Below, piece after piece: positions 1 through 13,300 of a stretch of DNA of 64,000 bases. Both the position numbers and the translations under genes were made by a program. Source of the stretch: Blasia pusilla (lineage: Eukaryota); NCBI GenBank assembly GCA_050084515.1, contig CM114271.1:10292001-10356000 (forward strand). The letters are read 5' to 3'. The first letter of the stretch is position 1. Each line of letters begins with the position of its first letter. A model generated the notes under the pieces. It was not told the origin of the DNA. It made no database searches and worked only from the letters and a program-made list of their open reading frames with translations.

Positions 1-1615
1 ATTACTCGGGCTGTTGAGCGTTACAATGCACTTATTGAAGCTAATAAGAACAAGAAGCGAGTTTCAGAGAAGCGTTGGGCCTTGCTCTCTTCTACCAGTT
101 CTTTTCTCGAACCCCAATCTTATGAAGAGGCTATCTATGGACCTGATTCTTCACATTGGAAGGCTGCCATTTCTGCTGAACTTCAGAATATGGCTTGAAT
201 GAAGGCTTGGACATTAGTTCCCCTTCCTCCCAATTGCTAAAGGATTTACTCAAGTTCCTGATCTTGATTACGAAGAAACTTTTTCTCCTACGGTTAAACT
301 TCAATCTCTTTGTATTCTTATTGCTATTGATGCTTATTTCAATCTTGATTTACATCAATTAGATGTAATTGTGGCTTTTCTATATGGGTTCTTGCAACAC
401 AGGATCTACATGGCTCTTCCTCCTGGCTGGCCAGTTCCAAATAATAACTTGGTCCGCCTTCTAGGAAGATCCATTTATGGTTTGAAGGAATCATCCCGTA
501 TGTGGTATGAACGATGTCACTATGTTTTACTTGACATTGGTTTTGTCAACACCACTGTTGACTCTAATATTTACATTCTGAACAAGGACTACAATTTTCT
601 TATCCTTGCTCTCTACGTGGATGATACTATCATTACCAGCTCCAATTCTGCATTGCTTCATTTTGTCAAAAGCAAGCTCTGCCAAGAGTTTGAAATGATT
701 GACCTTGGTGAGGCTTATCATGTTCTGGGAATGGATATCCAGCGAGAACGGCAACAAGGATGGATCCGGCTCAACCAGACGACTTATATCACCAACAAAC
801 TCAAACAATTCAATATGCTGGACTGCACACCTATCTCCACTTTCTTTGATTTTGGCCTTCATCTAAGTCAAGATCAATCTCATGTTGATCCCGCTGACAT
901 CGCAACAATGCCTTATATTCCTTATAAAAGTGCTACGGGCAATTTAATCGGGGCAATGGTGTGCACTCGCCTCGATATTGCCTATTCTATTTGCATTGTT
1001 GTACAATTTATGACCAATCGTGGTCCTGTACAGAGGATTGCTGTCAAAAGTATTTTCAAGTATCTCCAAGGGAAAAAACATTACTTTCTCCAATATTAGC
1101 GCTCATCTACTCCTTTTCATCTTCAAGGATATTCTGATGCTGCCTATAGAGACAATATTGACTTCCAAAAATCTACCATCGGATTTTGCTTTGTCCTTGC
1201 AGGAGGAGCAGTTAGCTCAGCAAGTAGAAAACAAAAATCACTTGCCCTTTCCAGTACTGAGTCTAAGTACATTGCAGTGACTAAAACTAGCACCGAAGCT
1301 ATTTGGATCAGAAGATTACTTTACGAAATTGGTTTTGCTCATAAGATAACTGAGATCTTCTGTGACAACCAGAGTGCAATTGCTTTGGTCAATTCTATAA
1401 AAAAATCATGATTGGATCAAACACATCGACATTCAATACCACTATATCAAAGATCAAGTATCAAGTGGCGAAATTATTTTGACCTATTTTTCAACTGCAA
1501 AGATGACTGCACACATTTTTACTAAGGGTTTATAGAAAGGACCTCATCAGAAATACACTACATCTCTAGGGTTATCTAGTCATGAAAATGGCTTATTTGT
1601 TCCCCTGAGTGGGAG
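1..1615 (+). mobile_element. Degenerate Ty1/Copia pol 3' part (RT + RNase H) and polypurine tract
   Basis: ORF 371-1099 has Copia RT motifs (SIYGLKESSRMWY, LYVDD, DLG, TRLDI). RNase H remnants follow (GYSDA, FCDNQSA, KHIDIQYH) with stops/frameshifts. PPT GAGTGGGAG at 1607-1615. Confidence 0.93.
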
Positions 1616-1954
1616 TGTTGGAAATTAGTTTGTACAGTGAAACAAATCAGCAAAATGCTTATTGATAGTAGTCGATCTAAATATTGATCACACGGATCGA
1701 CCCATACAGATGATCTAGATTAGATTAGGATAAATATTCTGCTTATGACCGTTGATTACTGCTAGAAATGTTTCACCTTAGAAACGATACATAGCTATGA
1801 GACATTTGTAAAGTGACACAGTTACCGTCACGTCTTTTGATTACGGCTCTTAGTTTAGCGCAGACTTTACTACTTATATATCGGCTTTCAATCTATCAAC
1901 ACAGAGAAAATAGAGAGTAAAAACGCATTTTCAATTCATTCCGCAATTCTTACA
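1616..1954 (+). repeat. 3' LTR of the Copia element, inserted into a second Copia
   Basis: Starts TGTTG right after the PPT and has a TATA-like tract near 1875. It ends TTACA where the minus-strand Copia RT (ELEQLDVT) resumes. Alternative end: TCAACA at 1901. Confidence 0.65.
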
Positions 1955-4050
1955 ATTGTAACATCAAGTTGCTCCAACTCTACCTCATATAGAGCTACTA
2001 TGCCTAGAAATACAGAAATGAATGCAATCTTTACCACTTGTGAGAAGATCTCATTGAAGTCAATACCTTCCCTTTGGGCATATCTCTTTGCCACAAGTCT
2101 TGGCTTGAATCTATCTCCACCAATCTCAAGAAGTCCTTCCTTCCTCCAATACGCCCAATTGCATCCACTTGCGTTCTTGACCTTAAGCAAACGCACTAAC
2201 TCCCAAGTGTGATTGCATCAAAGAGACTCCATCTCTTTCTCCATAGCAAGCATCCACCTCCACCGGTCCTGAACCTCTAAGGCCTCTTTGCTAGTCTGAA
2301 TAAGAACAAGACTCTCAAATAGTCTTATCATTAATGTCTATCTCCACCTCGATAGCCTCACACATTACACTCTCATCTCTTACCTCACTTGACATACGAG
2401 TCTTCAACATAGCCTTCTCATCAAAGTATACATCTCTACTCACAAAAATCTTGCATGTATTGGGATCTTGCAATCTATACCCTTTCACGCCTTTGGGTCT
2501 AACTGAGACCTCTAATCTTCTTGAATATGAACAAATGTAGGGCATCCAAACACTCTAAGTAAAGAGTAATTTGCAAGAGTACTGGAACATAACTCTATCA
2601 AAAATTTACATCTAATATCAGTTGCAGGGGATAGATTTATGAGATAAAAAGTAGTATTTACAGCTTCTGGCCAGAAGCTTTTCTTCATTCCCGCTTTACT
2701 CAACATACTACGCATGCGTACTTTCTCCAATAGTGTTTGATTGATTTTCTCTGCCACTCCATTTTGTTGAGGTATATATATATATATAGTGCAGCCATTA
2801 TCATCCAATACACCAAGAGTGCTCAATTTCTTTCGTTAATCCGGACATGTCTCACATCAGTCAATGTTCAAATATTCCCATCAAACATCTTGTTGATACA
2901 AACAGAACCAATCCCTTACTATCTTGCATAGCATGTTGTTCCCCATGAAGAAAATTCCACCAGCCTAGTTGCGATATATAACGAAGCTTTCTTTGTAAGA
3001 ACACATGTGGTAAGAGCAACCAAAATCCATATTTGATGCATCACAAGAGATATCTCTTCTCCAAGTTACAATCAATACATAATCATCTTTGTCTGACTTT
3101 GCTATGCTAGCTTGTTCAGAGGTCTAAGCTTTCTCTCTATGTTTGTTCCTTAGTGGGTCCTTTCTTTAGCCCTATGTACAATCTTTCTTCATGTGGCCTA
3201 TCTTTTTGCAGGTCCAACATTTACCTTTCACATTACCATCGCTAGATCAAGACTTTCTATATTTGCCTCTACTTTGACTCCTATTAGTTGGCCTACCTCG
3301 GGAAACAAGAGCCGCTGAGTTTTTCTCCTCATTGCTTGAGATCTTTCTAAACTCATCAGACAAAAATATTGTAGTGACCTCATCCAACTCTATTTTATCT
3401 TTATCAAATATTAGAGTAGTGACTAGGTGCTCAAAATAACTAGGCAAGGATGTCCGCAATAACAAAGCTTTATCTTTATCTTCTATCTTCACCTCCATAC
3501 TAGATGGGTCACAGTTAACTTGATTGAAAGCATTCACATGCTCCATCAGATTTCCACTTTCTTTCATATACAGAGTGTACAGCTTTTGCTTCAAGTACGT
3601 TGACTCGTCTGAGACTTTTTCATGTATAGGGTGTGTAACTTTGCCCACAACTTGGGTGTATAGTCTTCATTCATGATATTGTACAAAACCTCCTGTGCAA
3701 GACTCAAAAAAAATTTACTCACAACTCTCAAATCAATGTCCTCCCACTTTATAGTGGTCTTGTTCGTCGTTTTCTCTTCCAATGCCTAGTGCAATCCTTC
3801 TTGAACCAACAAGTCGCTCACCTTTAATTGCCACAAACAAAAAGTTTTCTCCCCATCAAATTTCTCCACCTCAAACTTTGCATTGGAATTTTTTTATGAT
3901 ATCGCAATATTTTGTAACCTACACTCTGATACCAATTTTTGGAAGAAATTGGATAATTAGTCTTATGAATCACGCAATATGTAATTGGTTCACTTCCACT
4001 GCCGAAGCTATATCCAAAATCAAACACTCTCAATTGGTTTACTGAAATCT
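1955..4050 (-). mobile_element. Degenerate Ty1/Copia element (gag, CCHC knuckle, protease, internally deleted integrase, start of RT)
   Basis: Minus-strand fragments: LKQKLYTLYMKE...LPSYFEHLV (gag), PQQNGVAEKINQTL/FWPEAVNT (IN), RLVAKRYAQREGIDFNEIFS (RT). Met-i tRNA PBS TGGTATCAGAG at 3934-3924, LTR remnant beyond. Confidence 0.92.
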
Positions 4051-4062
4051 GCGCACATTGGA

Positions 4063-4625
4063 CATCACGCCCGTGGAATGACACGGAAACGCTAACATGG
4101 CTTCAAATAAATATTGACAAAACCACTATGTGTACCATACCACAAGGACTAGCCCTTGCACCCCTGCTTGGAGGGGAGGGTGCTAAGTAATGCGCCCCAA
4201 GGCGCAAGGTTTAATATGGACAAAGTTTGTGTCCGCGAATATGTCCATGTCAGTGGACTTACGTAAGTCCCATGGAAGGACTTGTCCATGTAGGCCCCAC
4301 CTTCCTCTTCTTTCTCATTTCCCCCACTTGCTTTTGTGTTTCTTTCTCCCTGCTTCTCCATTTCCTCCTCTCTTACTGCCCCAATCGCCCTTGCCTTGCC
4401 TTCCATCTTGAATTATAAGTGTGGGCCCCATCTCTTGCAATTCATGTGTGTGGACATTTCCTAACTTGCCAGCTAGTCCATGTCCATTTTTGTACAATCA
4501 TGCATAGAAAGCAAGCAAGCTCGCCTTTCCAGGGGGGAGCTTTATGTTGTCACTCTTGTAACTGATAGAATTACATACACATAGGAAAAAATTGGTATCT
4601 CAACCCCACGACAGTGGCGTCCCCT
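4063..4625 (+). repeat. Probable Gypsy (Tat/Athila-like) 5' LTR with PBS
   Basis: Ends CCACGACA at 4613, followed by g-TGGCGTCCCC, a tRNA-type PBS. The start (catcacgccc) is degenerate. Confidence 0.4.
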
Positions 4626-4889
4626 ATCTAGCGCATGGATGGTTCATATCCGAGAGGGAGTACGTGTTATGTGCCTTTCATGTGTGTATGCCTTCACTAT
4701 GCTCACGGATCAAGAATTTGGATAAAAAAATTTCTAGAACTTCATTCAAAAACCAAATCTCCTCTTTAGAAACCCCAAACATAAAATTTTAAAATCTACA
4801 TGTGAAGGTGTGTGTTGGATCATGGATGCAATGTCGATATCATATATGTGGAAGCGGTCCCATAAGCCATTCAAGCTTCATATGGATTA

Positions 4890-5350
4890 AAAATCCACTC
4901 ACTCTCTCATGCCAAACCAAACCCACTCTCCTTAATGAAAGGCCTCGATAAGTCATAAGGCAAATGAGAACCATAGCTCTGCCACCTTATGCCAAGAGGT
5001 TCAACAAAAAGAGAATGAACTCCAAAGCTCACTCCTCTTGTATGTATCCCTTCCTTGTTTCCAAGCTTTCTCCTTAGTGACCTATGCACACAGATCAATT
5101 TCTTAGCTCATAACTTATAGTGTAGGATCAAAGGAAACTTCCTAAAATATAAAGTCAATTAAGCTCACATTAAGAACTTACCCAACATAGTAAGTTTCTC
5201 AATTTGACTCCAAATGAGCCAAAAAAGAGAAATCTTCTCTCTCAAGTTACCCTAGTCCTAAGCTACTCATCCTCGACCTCATGAAGTTGTCCTTGGACCT
5301 CGTTAAAGGCACCCTACGGATCCTCCTCGATCAATATAAAAGATGTGACA
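4890..5350 (-). repeat. Family-3 LTR 'B' segment remnant
   Basis: Similar to 28913-29408 (CAAACCAAACCCACTCTCC...ACCATAGCTCT...). Ends AAAAGATGTGACA at 5350. Confidence 0.7.
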
Positions 5351-7037
5351 CCCTCATCAAGGTTCACGTCTCGCTTTTGCAACTCATGTCTCATTCATAA
5401 AACTCCAATGCTCTTCCATCCTAGTATGAGCCTACGAGAGTTTTGAGATTTTGCATTGACAAATATTTGGTTGTGAGCATCGCAACACACTTGAAAACAC
5501 TAGGAGAGTGGCTTTTGTTTAACATGAAATATATGTGAGAGCTTTGTTGTTCCAACATTATTGAAGCTATTTTGGTACACAATTATTTATGAGTGTAGAT
5601 GCCATGAGTGAATAAAATATCTTCTATTTCTGTATGTGTGAATAGTAATAACAATGTATGTTATCTAAAGATATGTATGCCCATGACAATTTAGGTTGCT
5701 ATATATAAGGGCTTGGAGAAATACCAAGTTGGTTTCAAATTCGAATCATTTTACAAAGTAAAATTACTCAAATTTCAAACCAACTTGGAAAATTTTAGTG
5801 GACTTTAAAGTGCCTATGGTGCACTCCATTTAGAATAATTCCAACTCAATGTTACTAGAAGCAAAAATGGAGTATAATCACCTTGGAATGAATGAGGACT
5901 ACACCGAGAAAATTCAAATGGGAGACAAAGAGAAAACCAACCAAAAAATCATTGGGCTCTTTACCACAACCTTTTGATCTCCCAAAAACTTCCCATAACG
6001 CTCGCTGTTTGGAAAAATAGAACAAAGGCCTCGGGTGTCTTGGGTTACAATCCCGCTGGATGTTCATCATCAAGGTAATTAACGAGTTCGAAAGCGATTA
6101 AATTTCACTGATTAACGAGTTAGAAAGCGATTTATTCGAACTTCCGGGGCAATAAGGCCACTCACTGCCGGAGTTGGGAGGCCCTCGGGAGTCGTGGCAA
6201 TGGCCAATGCCCATTTGAAGAAACGGGTACTTACACACGGCTCCCGTTTATGGGAACGGAAATTTTTAGGGACGTCCGAAAAAAAATTTTGTCCTCTTTC
6301 GGACGCAACCAATTTCTAAATTATTTTTTATAAAAAAATTTATTATTATTATTCAATAAAATCGATTCGTGTGGACTACACGAATCGATTTCCTCCGTCC
6401 CCGTATTTGTTCCCCGTCGGGAGGAAATGAGTGGCCCTAATAGTCTGAGTTTGCGGAAAGGTGACCCCTAACGTCCTTTGATCAATTGCCCACAAGATCA
6501 CAGGATGTGATGAAGGGTTTCCGTGACCTTTCAAGTCTTGAGGGCCGGGGATTTCATTTCGTTCGTTGGGCTTCACGGTTGGAGGGCAAGAACTCCATGG
6601 CAGCCGACCTGACCCTTGGTTCATGATTGATATGCGCATGCAATCGGACAGAAGATGCTAGTACTTGCCAGAGCAACAAGATATTTGGATTAATCTGGAG
6701 TAGTGGGATTTGGTGGTGAGAGCTGCGACGCTCACACACATGTACACAAACCCCTCAGCTGAAATCTGACAGGTGTATATCGATTCTAGATGAAATCAAG
6801 ACGTACAACCCAATCGGTGTGCATGGAATCTTGATAATCTGGCGACCACACGCGCATAGTGAGATCGAATACCCGTATCCTCAGGGCCTTGCTTTCGAGG
6901 CACTTTTGTGGTTGTGAGAACTGCCACATACACTCTGAAAGGATTTTTGGATTTCGCTTTATTGCACGTCCAGTAGCTCCACTGTACCACATGAGGGAGA
7001 GAAAGTGGCGATATCGAATTCGCCGTAATACCAATTA

Positions 7038-7162
7038 AGCGAATACACATCGTTGCAAACATACATTGGCTGTCATGCACACATAATTGAATTGCGAAAA
7101 TCATAACATCATAGAGAGAAGTCTGACTTCCAATCCTTATGCAATGTGTGACAACCCGAATT
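7038..7162 (-). repeat. Degenerate LTR 'A'-type segment just upstream of the SLP gene
   Basis: GCGAATACACATCG...TGTCATGCACAC...GACAACCC resembles 19902-20019. Confidence 0.5.
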
Positions 7163-7697
7163 CCCAAGATCCTTACAAATCATTCACACTAAGAACGGGC
7201 TCTCATATCACAGAGATTCAGTTTCCGCTATCACATCCTACCCTGCTGAAATTTTCCCAGGTATTTCTCTACCCAGGTATGCATGCTCCCTATCTTGCTG
7301 TCAGTCATATGAAGAGTCGTCTCTCGATGGCTTCAACTGACTCTCGGTCCACTACAGGTTTCTTATTGCAGTCACGCGGCCTTATACGAGAACACTCTTG
7401 TGTCAATGGAATCATGGCCGTAATAAGGTAGACATATCCTTCTAACGTTGGAAGAACATGTATACCTCATTTATGCTACGTATCTCAACAGAGCAGTGCA
7501 GTTGGACGAAGAGGTCCAATGCTTCAATTTTTGACAGTCATCACTGATGGTTTTTCTAGCGTTTAAAGAGTGGCTCTAAATCGGCCGCTTTGCGCTGTCC
7601 TGGTGAAGTAGAGCCCTAAAAGAGATCTGAGCCTAATTCTACCGATTTCCATGGAAAGAAGAGGATGAATAAATTGGTTCGAGAATAGCCCTCAGTG

Positions 7698-9575
7698 ATG
7701 AAGAAGGCTCAGGGAAAGAGATTTGACAGCCCAAAACAAGCGCCTAGTAAGGCGTTCTGCATGCAGCTACCTCCAATTGTCTCAGATTTCGTGGACACAT
7801 TCGTCGATCATGCAGTGGGTGGTTATGTTCTCGGACCAACACGGAACCCAGCTCCCAAGTTCTTTAGTAGTCCTGCCATGGGAGACGTGTGGAACAGGAG
7901 CTGGCACACTGCGGGAGAATTTGTGAAGACAAGACTCAATGCTGTACCCCGCTTGGTTGCAATTGGAGACCTACATGGGGATTTTAAAAAGACGAGAGAC
8001 GCCCTGACATTTGCCAGAGTCATAGATGACAAAGACAATTGGATTGGGGAGAAGACAACAGTTGTTCAGGTGGGTCGAATGCATCGCTCGCTTTGAGGGC
8101 TGACAGTCAGAAGGAGGTCAGCTAGCGCTCAATGACGTGATTGTCTGAGTGGTCTAGCCCTGATTTAATGCTCGGAATGTATTGGCTTAAACCTGTCGTT
8201 GATACTGAAGTGACATGGGGGAGGGTGCGTTGATGCGTTGGTTTTACAGGTGGGAGATCTGTTTGACAGAGGAGGAAAAGAGATCAAAATTTTGTATCTT
8301 TTAGAGAAACTGAAGAGAGAGGCGCATAGGGCAGGTGGTGCCGTTCATGTTCTGCACGGTAATCATGAGACGGAAACAATTTCGGGGACCTTTCATTACG
8401 CCTTTGAAGAGGGGCTAACCGAATTTGTGTCTTGGAGAAAGTGGTGAGAATCCTATGTCCTCATCATTGACACCATCCATTATTAATCTCCAATTTTTTT
8501 AAGAAGCGAATCCCGGCAACTGAAGGTTAAATGTCGCAGCAGCCTCCTTGAATTGTAGTTTCTTATGCGTAAGCTTCTTCAGCAGAAACATGGTCTGCGG
8601 CTGTGGATGCAGCGCTTGAAATACAATCTCGGTGTGCTTTGAACATGTCACTGACATCGATAATTGACAAGAAGCGATGGCAGTCATAGTCCTCGCTCAA
8701 AACTCGTTAGCACTATTGAAGGTTTTCGAGGTTGTGTCTGCAAGTTCCATAAAGACAGAAGCTACTGGATAGTCTCTCTAGCAGCAATGCTTGGCTCTTC
8801 TGTGACCAGGTATCTGATTGGCGTTGCGTTGAAGAAGAAATGCAAAGGACTCCCCAGACCCTTCGACTATTTCAAAAACCTTCCGGAACCACAACCAAGC
8901 AAAGTCTCAATACCAAGCTCTGCGTATGCTGGAATTATGGCAAGATGCGCAGCAATGAGACCTGGGGGGCCACTTTCTGCGAGATTTTTGGCTCGAAATC
9001 CGACGGTGCTGGTGGTCGGCGGAACAGTTTTTGTTCATGGCGGTATACGGCAAGAGGAAGCCGCGAACGAAAATGGTCTCGAGACGATCAATAAGAAGGT
9101 TAGCGATTGGGTGCTGGGTAAAATGGGTTGGCGAGGTCCAGAGGAATATCTGAAAGGAAACAGCGCACTGGTGTGGATGCGATCGTATTCCGTAGAAAAC
9201 ATAGAGCAAGTAAGGTGCGACATGTTGCAGGAAGCACTGGCCGCCATCCCTGGCGCAAAACGCATGGTGGTAGGTCATACAGTCCAAAGGAAGCGAGGTA
9301 TTAATGCAGCTTGTGAGAACAGGGTTTGGAGAGTGGATGTTGGCATGTCCAAAGGCTTGGGGAATTGCCCTGCGGAGGTCCTTGAAATTGTAGATGACCG
9401 GAAGATTTCAGTCTTATCTCAGTCAGGATCTAAGTTGGTCCAAAATTATGATGGGACACCTGGTGAGCGAAATCCCCCTACTAGGAGAATACCGACGGAT
9501 CCTATTGACTCAGAGGACGATAGTGGTGATGATGCGGAAGGCTCTGGTGATCCTCACAGACGATCTTCGAAGTGA
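7698..9575 (+). CDS. SLP2: Shewanella-like PPP-family Ser/Thr/Tyr phosphatase (SLP2-like); exons 7698-8069, 8250-8443, 8810-9575; 443 aa
   Basis: GT-AG splicing gives an open 1332-nt frame with GDLHG, GDLFDRG, GNHE, HGG, GHTVQ and VDVG metallophosphatase motifs. W-YLIGVALKKKC matches the plant SLP2-type segment. Acidic C-terminal tail. Confidence 0.9.
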
Positions 9576-11003
9576 GACTCCAACAATCTCTTTCAGGAAT
9601 TCTTTCTGCTCTTAGAGATCTCGGGGATCTGCATGGAATCTTGGAATCATTAAAATCGGGTAGGCTTATCTGCGTGGGATATCGGAATCATTCAATTCAG
9701 GAGGGATAGTGAACCTGAAAGTAGTAAGGATCAATTGCGATTGATTAATTAGTCCTGGTTTGTAAACGTTCTCTCCTGCTTATCTATCCCGACGCTTTTG
9801 TTTAACTCGAAAAGGAGAGATGAAAGATGGTGACATCCATGCCAATTACTTGAAACGCACGAAAAGAATTATCGTCGTGTCTGGAATACAGCGGTGCCGG
9901 GGTTAGATTTATAGAAAGACACATATGGTGTCTTGCACTCCATCACGAGGAAAATTGTTAATAGAGTCGTAGAGGAGAAATATCGAATCTGGCAATACAT
10001 ATTCCCAATCTTTCGAATGTTTTGTAGAGTTTCCAATGGCCAATAACATCCTTTATCTATATTAAAATTCAAGTAAGGGTTGCAATAAATAAGCAGTGAC
10101 TTTTTATTCTAAGCATTCTACTCTTAAAGAAATGCATGCAAATTGTCAGCTGAGTCCTTAGGTAGAGCCTGTGACATGACATTGACCATTTGATTCGCAA
10201 GTGCACTTACGTAGTATTATTACCCTCATAAACAGTTTTCCGAATCAATTTTCACTCAAATTGAAAATGAAAACCAGTTAACTTTATGTAGCACCGTTGC
10301 TGCCCACCAGTAGAACTTATGTGCCCCGTGGTTGTGAAGGGAGAGACCGAAGAGAAAGAACACGACGCCTACCAATCGTCAAGATGCGGATGAAGACCAC
10401 ACTCCTGACGACGACGATGATCAAGGTGCGGAGGAGTCCCACGCACCTCCGGACAAAGACGAAGGTTCGAAGCGGCCGAGACTTTGGAAGAGAATTAAGC
10501 GGCCAAGCTCGTGATAGGTAACCTTTGAAAGTAGATGCTATTTACTTCAGGTTAGATCCAGTTTTTTGGGCACTATTGAGTTGCCAGTGCAATCGATTTA
10601 AAAAAATTCGTAGCCGCCGTTTATTGAGCGCACCCTTTCTGTCACACTTGATATGATTCCCGTGATATGCGAGGGAAAATTCTGGCACCCTTAAGTGGCC
10701 ATCGTAATCTAATTATTTTAAAAATTTAACATATATTAGGAGGAAGGTTCTCTAATATATAAATACTAGTAATACTATGCTTGAGAAATATAAAAAAAGG
10801 TTCGAATAGTTTTTGTTAGTGTATAGTCCATGAAGGGATTAATGATACGACACACGAATTTAAATTTTCTTGTTGTCTATAACATGTGAAGCATTTTCAT
10901 GTTGCCCCGTTGTCACTTGTCAAACATAGAAGTGTTTGTAAATAAAAAAGATACATTCCAATAATAATATAGGTAGGAGAAAGGTTCTCTAATCTTCATT
11001 TAA

Positions 11004-11161
11004 TCTACTTAACCATCGGAGAATATTAAAAGGAGATTATCTCTCCTTTTGATACATGCCTTTGTTTGTTGCTTAATCCAATAGGATCTTTTGAATTCAA
11101 TTGAAATTTTAATATAAATAATTCAAAATTATATATACGTGCATCGCAAGACACCGACTAG
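11004..11161 (+). mobile_element. Possible short non-autonomous Helitron (3' end visible)
   Basis: CGTGCATCGCAAG (degenerate hairpin)-ACACCGA-CTAG|T at 11138-11162 resembles a Helitron 3' terminus. The 5' A|TC at 11004 is a guess. Confidence 0.4.
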
Positions 11162-12155
11162 TAGTGTAATTGAAAGCACTCTTACACTTTGCACTAGTTC
11201 TTTCATATAAACCGTAGGATTTTGTAAATTATAATAGTATAAAAAGCATCGGGGCTAGCACAAGTCATAATGTAGATTATGTAGTGCCACCACCAACCAA
11301 CTTCTATATAGTAATCCAAAATGCAATTTTTTCAGCTACTTCTTGGTTTGACTATTGTCACTCAAATTCTTTCAAAACCAAGGTGGGGAAAGAATCATGC
11401 AAATAGATTAAATGGCAAGGAAAAAAAAGGGAAAATTAAATCCATGTTATTAAATATCTAATGAGTTTGGGACCCTTTGAGAGGGATAACAAGAAAACAA
11501 ATATTTATTATCACCTCTCTGTATAGGACACATGGGTTACAAGTTAAATGGAAAGAAGAATTTTTTTATGTAAGGATCGTAGAAATAGGAGTCCTAAAAA
11601 GACATATGTAACAAAAGTGAATTATTAAATAAGGAAAACTTTTAAACGGCTACTAAAGGAACGGGTCCTTCAATTTTTATTTTAAGGAAATATTTTGGAT
11701 ATTTATAGTCTCCGAGTCTAATTAAGCCTTTCTAATGTAGGGCGACAAAGAGATTACTAGATTAATAAGAGGACATTACTTGAGATTAATTTATTTATAA
11801 AAAAAATTTTAGATGTGGTGAAAAGTTTGTTTGATGATTTGTTGAGCTTGGGTGGATATATATTCGAGGCCCTAATGTGGCGGCCATACCACACTAGAAT
11901 GTGCAGCTAAAGAGAGTGAATGGACTCAGCAGCTAAAGAAAGTTGTCGTGCGCATACACATCGCTACACAACCCACATCGCTAGTCATATCTTTACACCA
12001 CACTACACCGATCTTCCTAACATACGGGTAGATCCACACATAAATGAAACATACTAACGTATATACACTGGGACCCCACAACAAAATCAAGAGTAGTAAA
12101 AACGGCTCATCCGGCCTAAACCTCCATTCATGAATCTACATCGGCATATCAAACT

Positions 12156-12562
12156 TGTTGGATTCTCAACATCCACTTCTCTAAGCACCATTAATCTGAT
12201 CAACCCCCTTGTAAGAGGAGAAGCCTAGATTGATGGTTCCGACTTAGATGTCGCAGGAGTCATAGTAATATGACGTAGGTGGTTTTAGGAGTAGCGTTAC
12301 TAGGTTTATCTAACCCTATATTGCATAGCATTATTTCTTCGTCTCTATTAATAGAAACAAAGAAAAATAGGTAAAAACCCTAGTTTTCCCGAGTAGTCAA
12401 ATAGTCGGGAGCCGCAGCGGTAGCGCATTCTCATATGTCAAGTTATCTCCATGTTCAGGTTCCATCAAAGCTCTTCTGTGAGCGCACGGACGGACTAGGC
12501 CACTTTGTATCTCTAAGTTTTGTAAAGATTTCAGTGATTTTGTCACTTTCTATTTTCTCACA
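12156..12562. repeat. Solo LTR (407 bp) inserted into the family-1 B segment
   Basis: TGTTG...TCACA, TSD AAACT/AAACC. The uninterrupted site CATATCAAACCACATCC is present in the 19.1-kb copy. Confidence 0.85.
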
Positions 12563-13234
12563 AAACCACATCCACCCTCTACTATGAGGGAATCCGGACG
12601 CTAGCACCCTAACTCCTACACATCCACACACGTCTATGCAAGAGGGGCACTCCTAAGGCTCAACATGAGAAAGATAGCTTGAGAAAGCCATCTCTCTCAC
12701 TCTTATACCCTTGGGAAGAGCCAAAAAGCTCTTTCCCCAAAAATAGCCCTCCCAATAGTAACGTGCGTGCACAAGTTACCAGGTGACCATTGACTCGATC
12801 AACGGATCACCTGATGGACTAAAACCAAAATAGAGAAATCGGCATAAACAACGTTCCCGACACATCAGACGTGTCGCCAAACTCATCCGACATCTTAGGA
12901 TGAAGTTACACCCACATAGCGAGTTGACTCTCTATATCGTCAACGCGATAGAACTCTACCTACATCGAAATAAGATGTGACAACTGTCGTGCGCACACAC
13001 ATCGCTACACAACCCACATTGCTGGTCACATCTCTACACCACACAATACCCATCTTTCCAACATACGGATACATCCACACATAAATTAAACATACTCACG
13101 CATATACACTAGGACCCCACAACCGCCCCCCTAGCTGGCACTTGGGTCCCCCCAACTCTAGATAGCACACACATATGCACTTGACAAGATCTCCTATCCT
13201 ATACATATCTAGCACCATTGGTGCCGTCATCCCC

Positions 13235-13300
13235 GCAACATTGCAACACTGTAGCTACCCGTCGTGTTGATCCCTCCAAAGAGATCTAACACTCTCGTAC
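13235..13300 (-). pseudogene. C5-DNA methyltransferase motif I remnant in the family-1 element
   Basis: Minus-strand RVLDLFGGINT (core 13292-13269), then frameshifted VATVLQ. It sits downstream of the protease and just before the PPT. Confidence 0.7.

Noticed and set aside
8664-8809. N-terminal part of the 303-aa ORF as coding sequence
   Set aside because: It lies in SLP intron 2. Homology and splice phase begin at 8810.
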